A stretch of 64,000 nucleotides of DNA from Planctomycetota bacterium (GTDB lineage Bacteria > Planctomycetota > JBFWNO01), in contig JBFWNO010000002.1 in assembly GCA_050251015.1 (NCBI GenBank), forward strand, positions 12,775 through 76,774, written 5' to 3'. Shown here piece by piece: positions 63,659 to 64,000 of the stretch. Made by a program: the position numbers and the translations under genes. The number at the start of each line of letters is the position of its first letter. Position 1 is the first letter of the stretch. The notes beneath the pieces are model-generated. The model was given only the letters and a program-made list of their open reading frames with translations. It made no database searches and was not told the DNA's origin.

Positions 63659-64000
63659 ACTCCTGCCAAGACTTTCCTCGAGACGCCTAAGAACAGAGTT
63701 GAGGCTTTGATCCACTTCCCTGTCTTTTGAAATCTTGGAATGGGCATATTGGACCGTGGAATGATCACGACCCCCAAAAAACACACCTATTTCATGGAGT
63801 GATTTATTGGTGTGTTCCCTCAATAAAAACATCGCCAATTGCCTTGGGTGAGCGATGGAATTAGGTCTTTTCTTGGATTGAAGATCCGTTAAGGTCACAC
63901 CAAACTCACGACAAATAATATCTACGATAACGTCGAATCCGGGAGCGGGGTGCGTGGAATTGGGCGCAATTTTTGAAATAGTTTCAAGGGTGGCGGGTTG
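63650..64000 (-). CDS. dnaA: Chromosomal replication initiator DnaA, C-terminal part (gene continues past window end)
   Basis: Domain IV reads SKKRPNSIAHPRQLAMFLLREHTNKSLHEIGVFFGGRDHSTVQYAHSKI. The frame stays open upstream of the track's Met through base 64000. Confidence 0.9.
   Translation of the reverse strand, partial: QPATLETISKIAPNSTHPAPGFDVIVDIICREFGVTLTDLQSKKRPNSIAHPRQLAMFLLREHTNKSLHEIGVFFGGRDHSTVQYAHSKISKDREVDQSLNSVLRRLEESLGRSCG

Overview
All calls below rest on reading the sequence and recalling family motifs; no searches or calculations were run. The window has two very different halves.

(1) Bases 1-22355 are the right-hand ~22 kb of an integrated tailed-phage genome, visibly more GC-rich than the rest. 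Almost all genes run leftward and are chained by ATGA/GTGA start-stop overlaps. In window order they are:
- head-tail genes, a DUF2190 protein, a prohead-protease/scaffold/capsid fusion, a lambda-type portal, an Ogr/NrdR-type zinc-ribbon protein, and a large terminase carrying a Nu1-like N-terminus plus a separate Nu1-like small ORF;
- a rightward 5-gene cassette of unknowns with its own control region and terminator (moron-like);
- DUF1937, an HNH-like zinc protein and a ParB-methyltransferase;
- a 460-bp non-coding iteron-like region;
- Prim-Pol/DUF3987 primase, SF2 helicase, RusA, DUF669, a Sak4-like ATPase, a PD-(D/E)XK nuclease and a wHTH protein;
- then, rightward, an ECF-like sigma factor, a small coupled ORF, and a large serine recombinase whose 3' end overlaps tRNA-Pro(UGG) (22298-22375, minus).

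(2) Bases 22.4-64 kb are chromosome of a flagellated diderm bacterium; the taxon cannot be determined from the sequence alone. This half contains:
- two secreted hypotheticals, trmL, a 940-aa coiled-coil protein, agmatinase, a TetR regulator, a polytopic membrane protein, an esterase, trxB and metG;
- a flagellin-glycosylation-type block (a Maf protein plus unknowns);
- a late-flagellar cluster: fliS, a giant fliD, flaG, flagellin, csrA, fliW, a giant flgL, flgK, flgN-like, a rod-binding FlgJ-like gene, then flgI, flgH, flgA, flgG and flgF;
- an FHA protein, hemW, gyrA, gyrB, DUF721/dciA, dnaN, a DnaA-box cluster (probable oriC) and the 3' part of dnaA.

The most intriguing unexplained items are all in the prophage: the rightward cassette, the conserved bipartite leader motif shared by two phage operons, the control region of the sigma-like regulator, and the iteron-like gap beside the primase.
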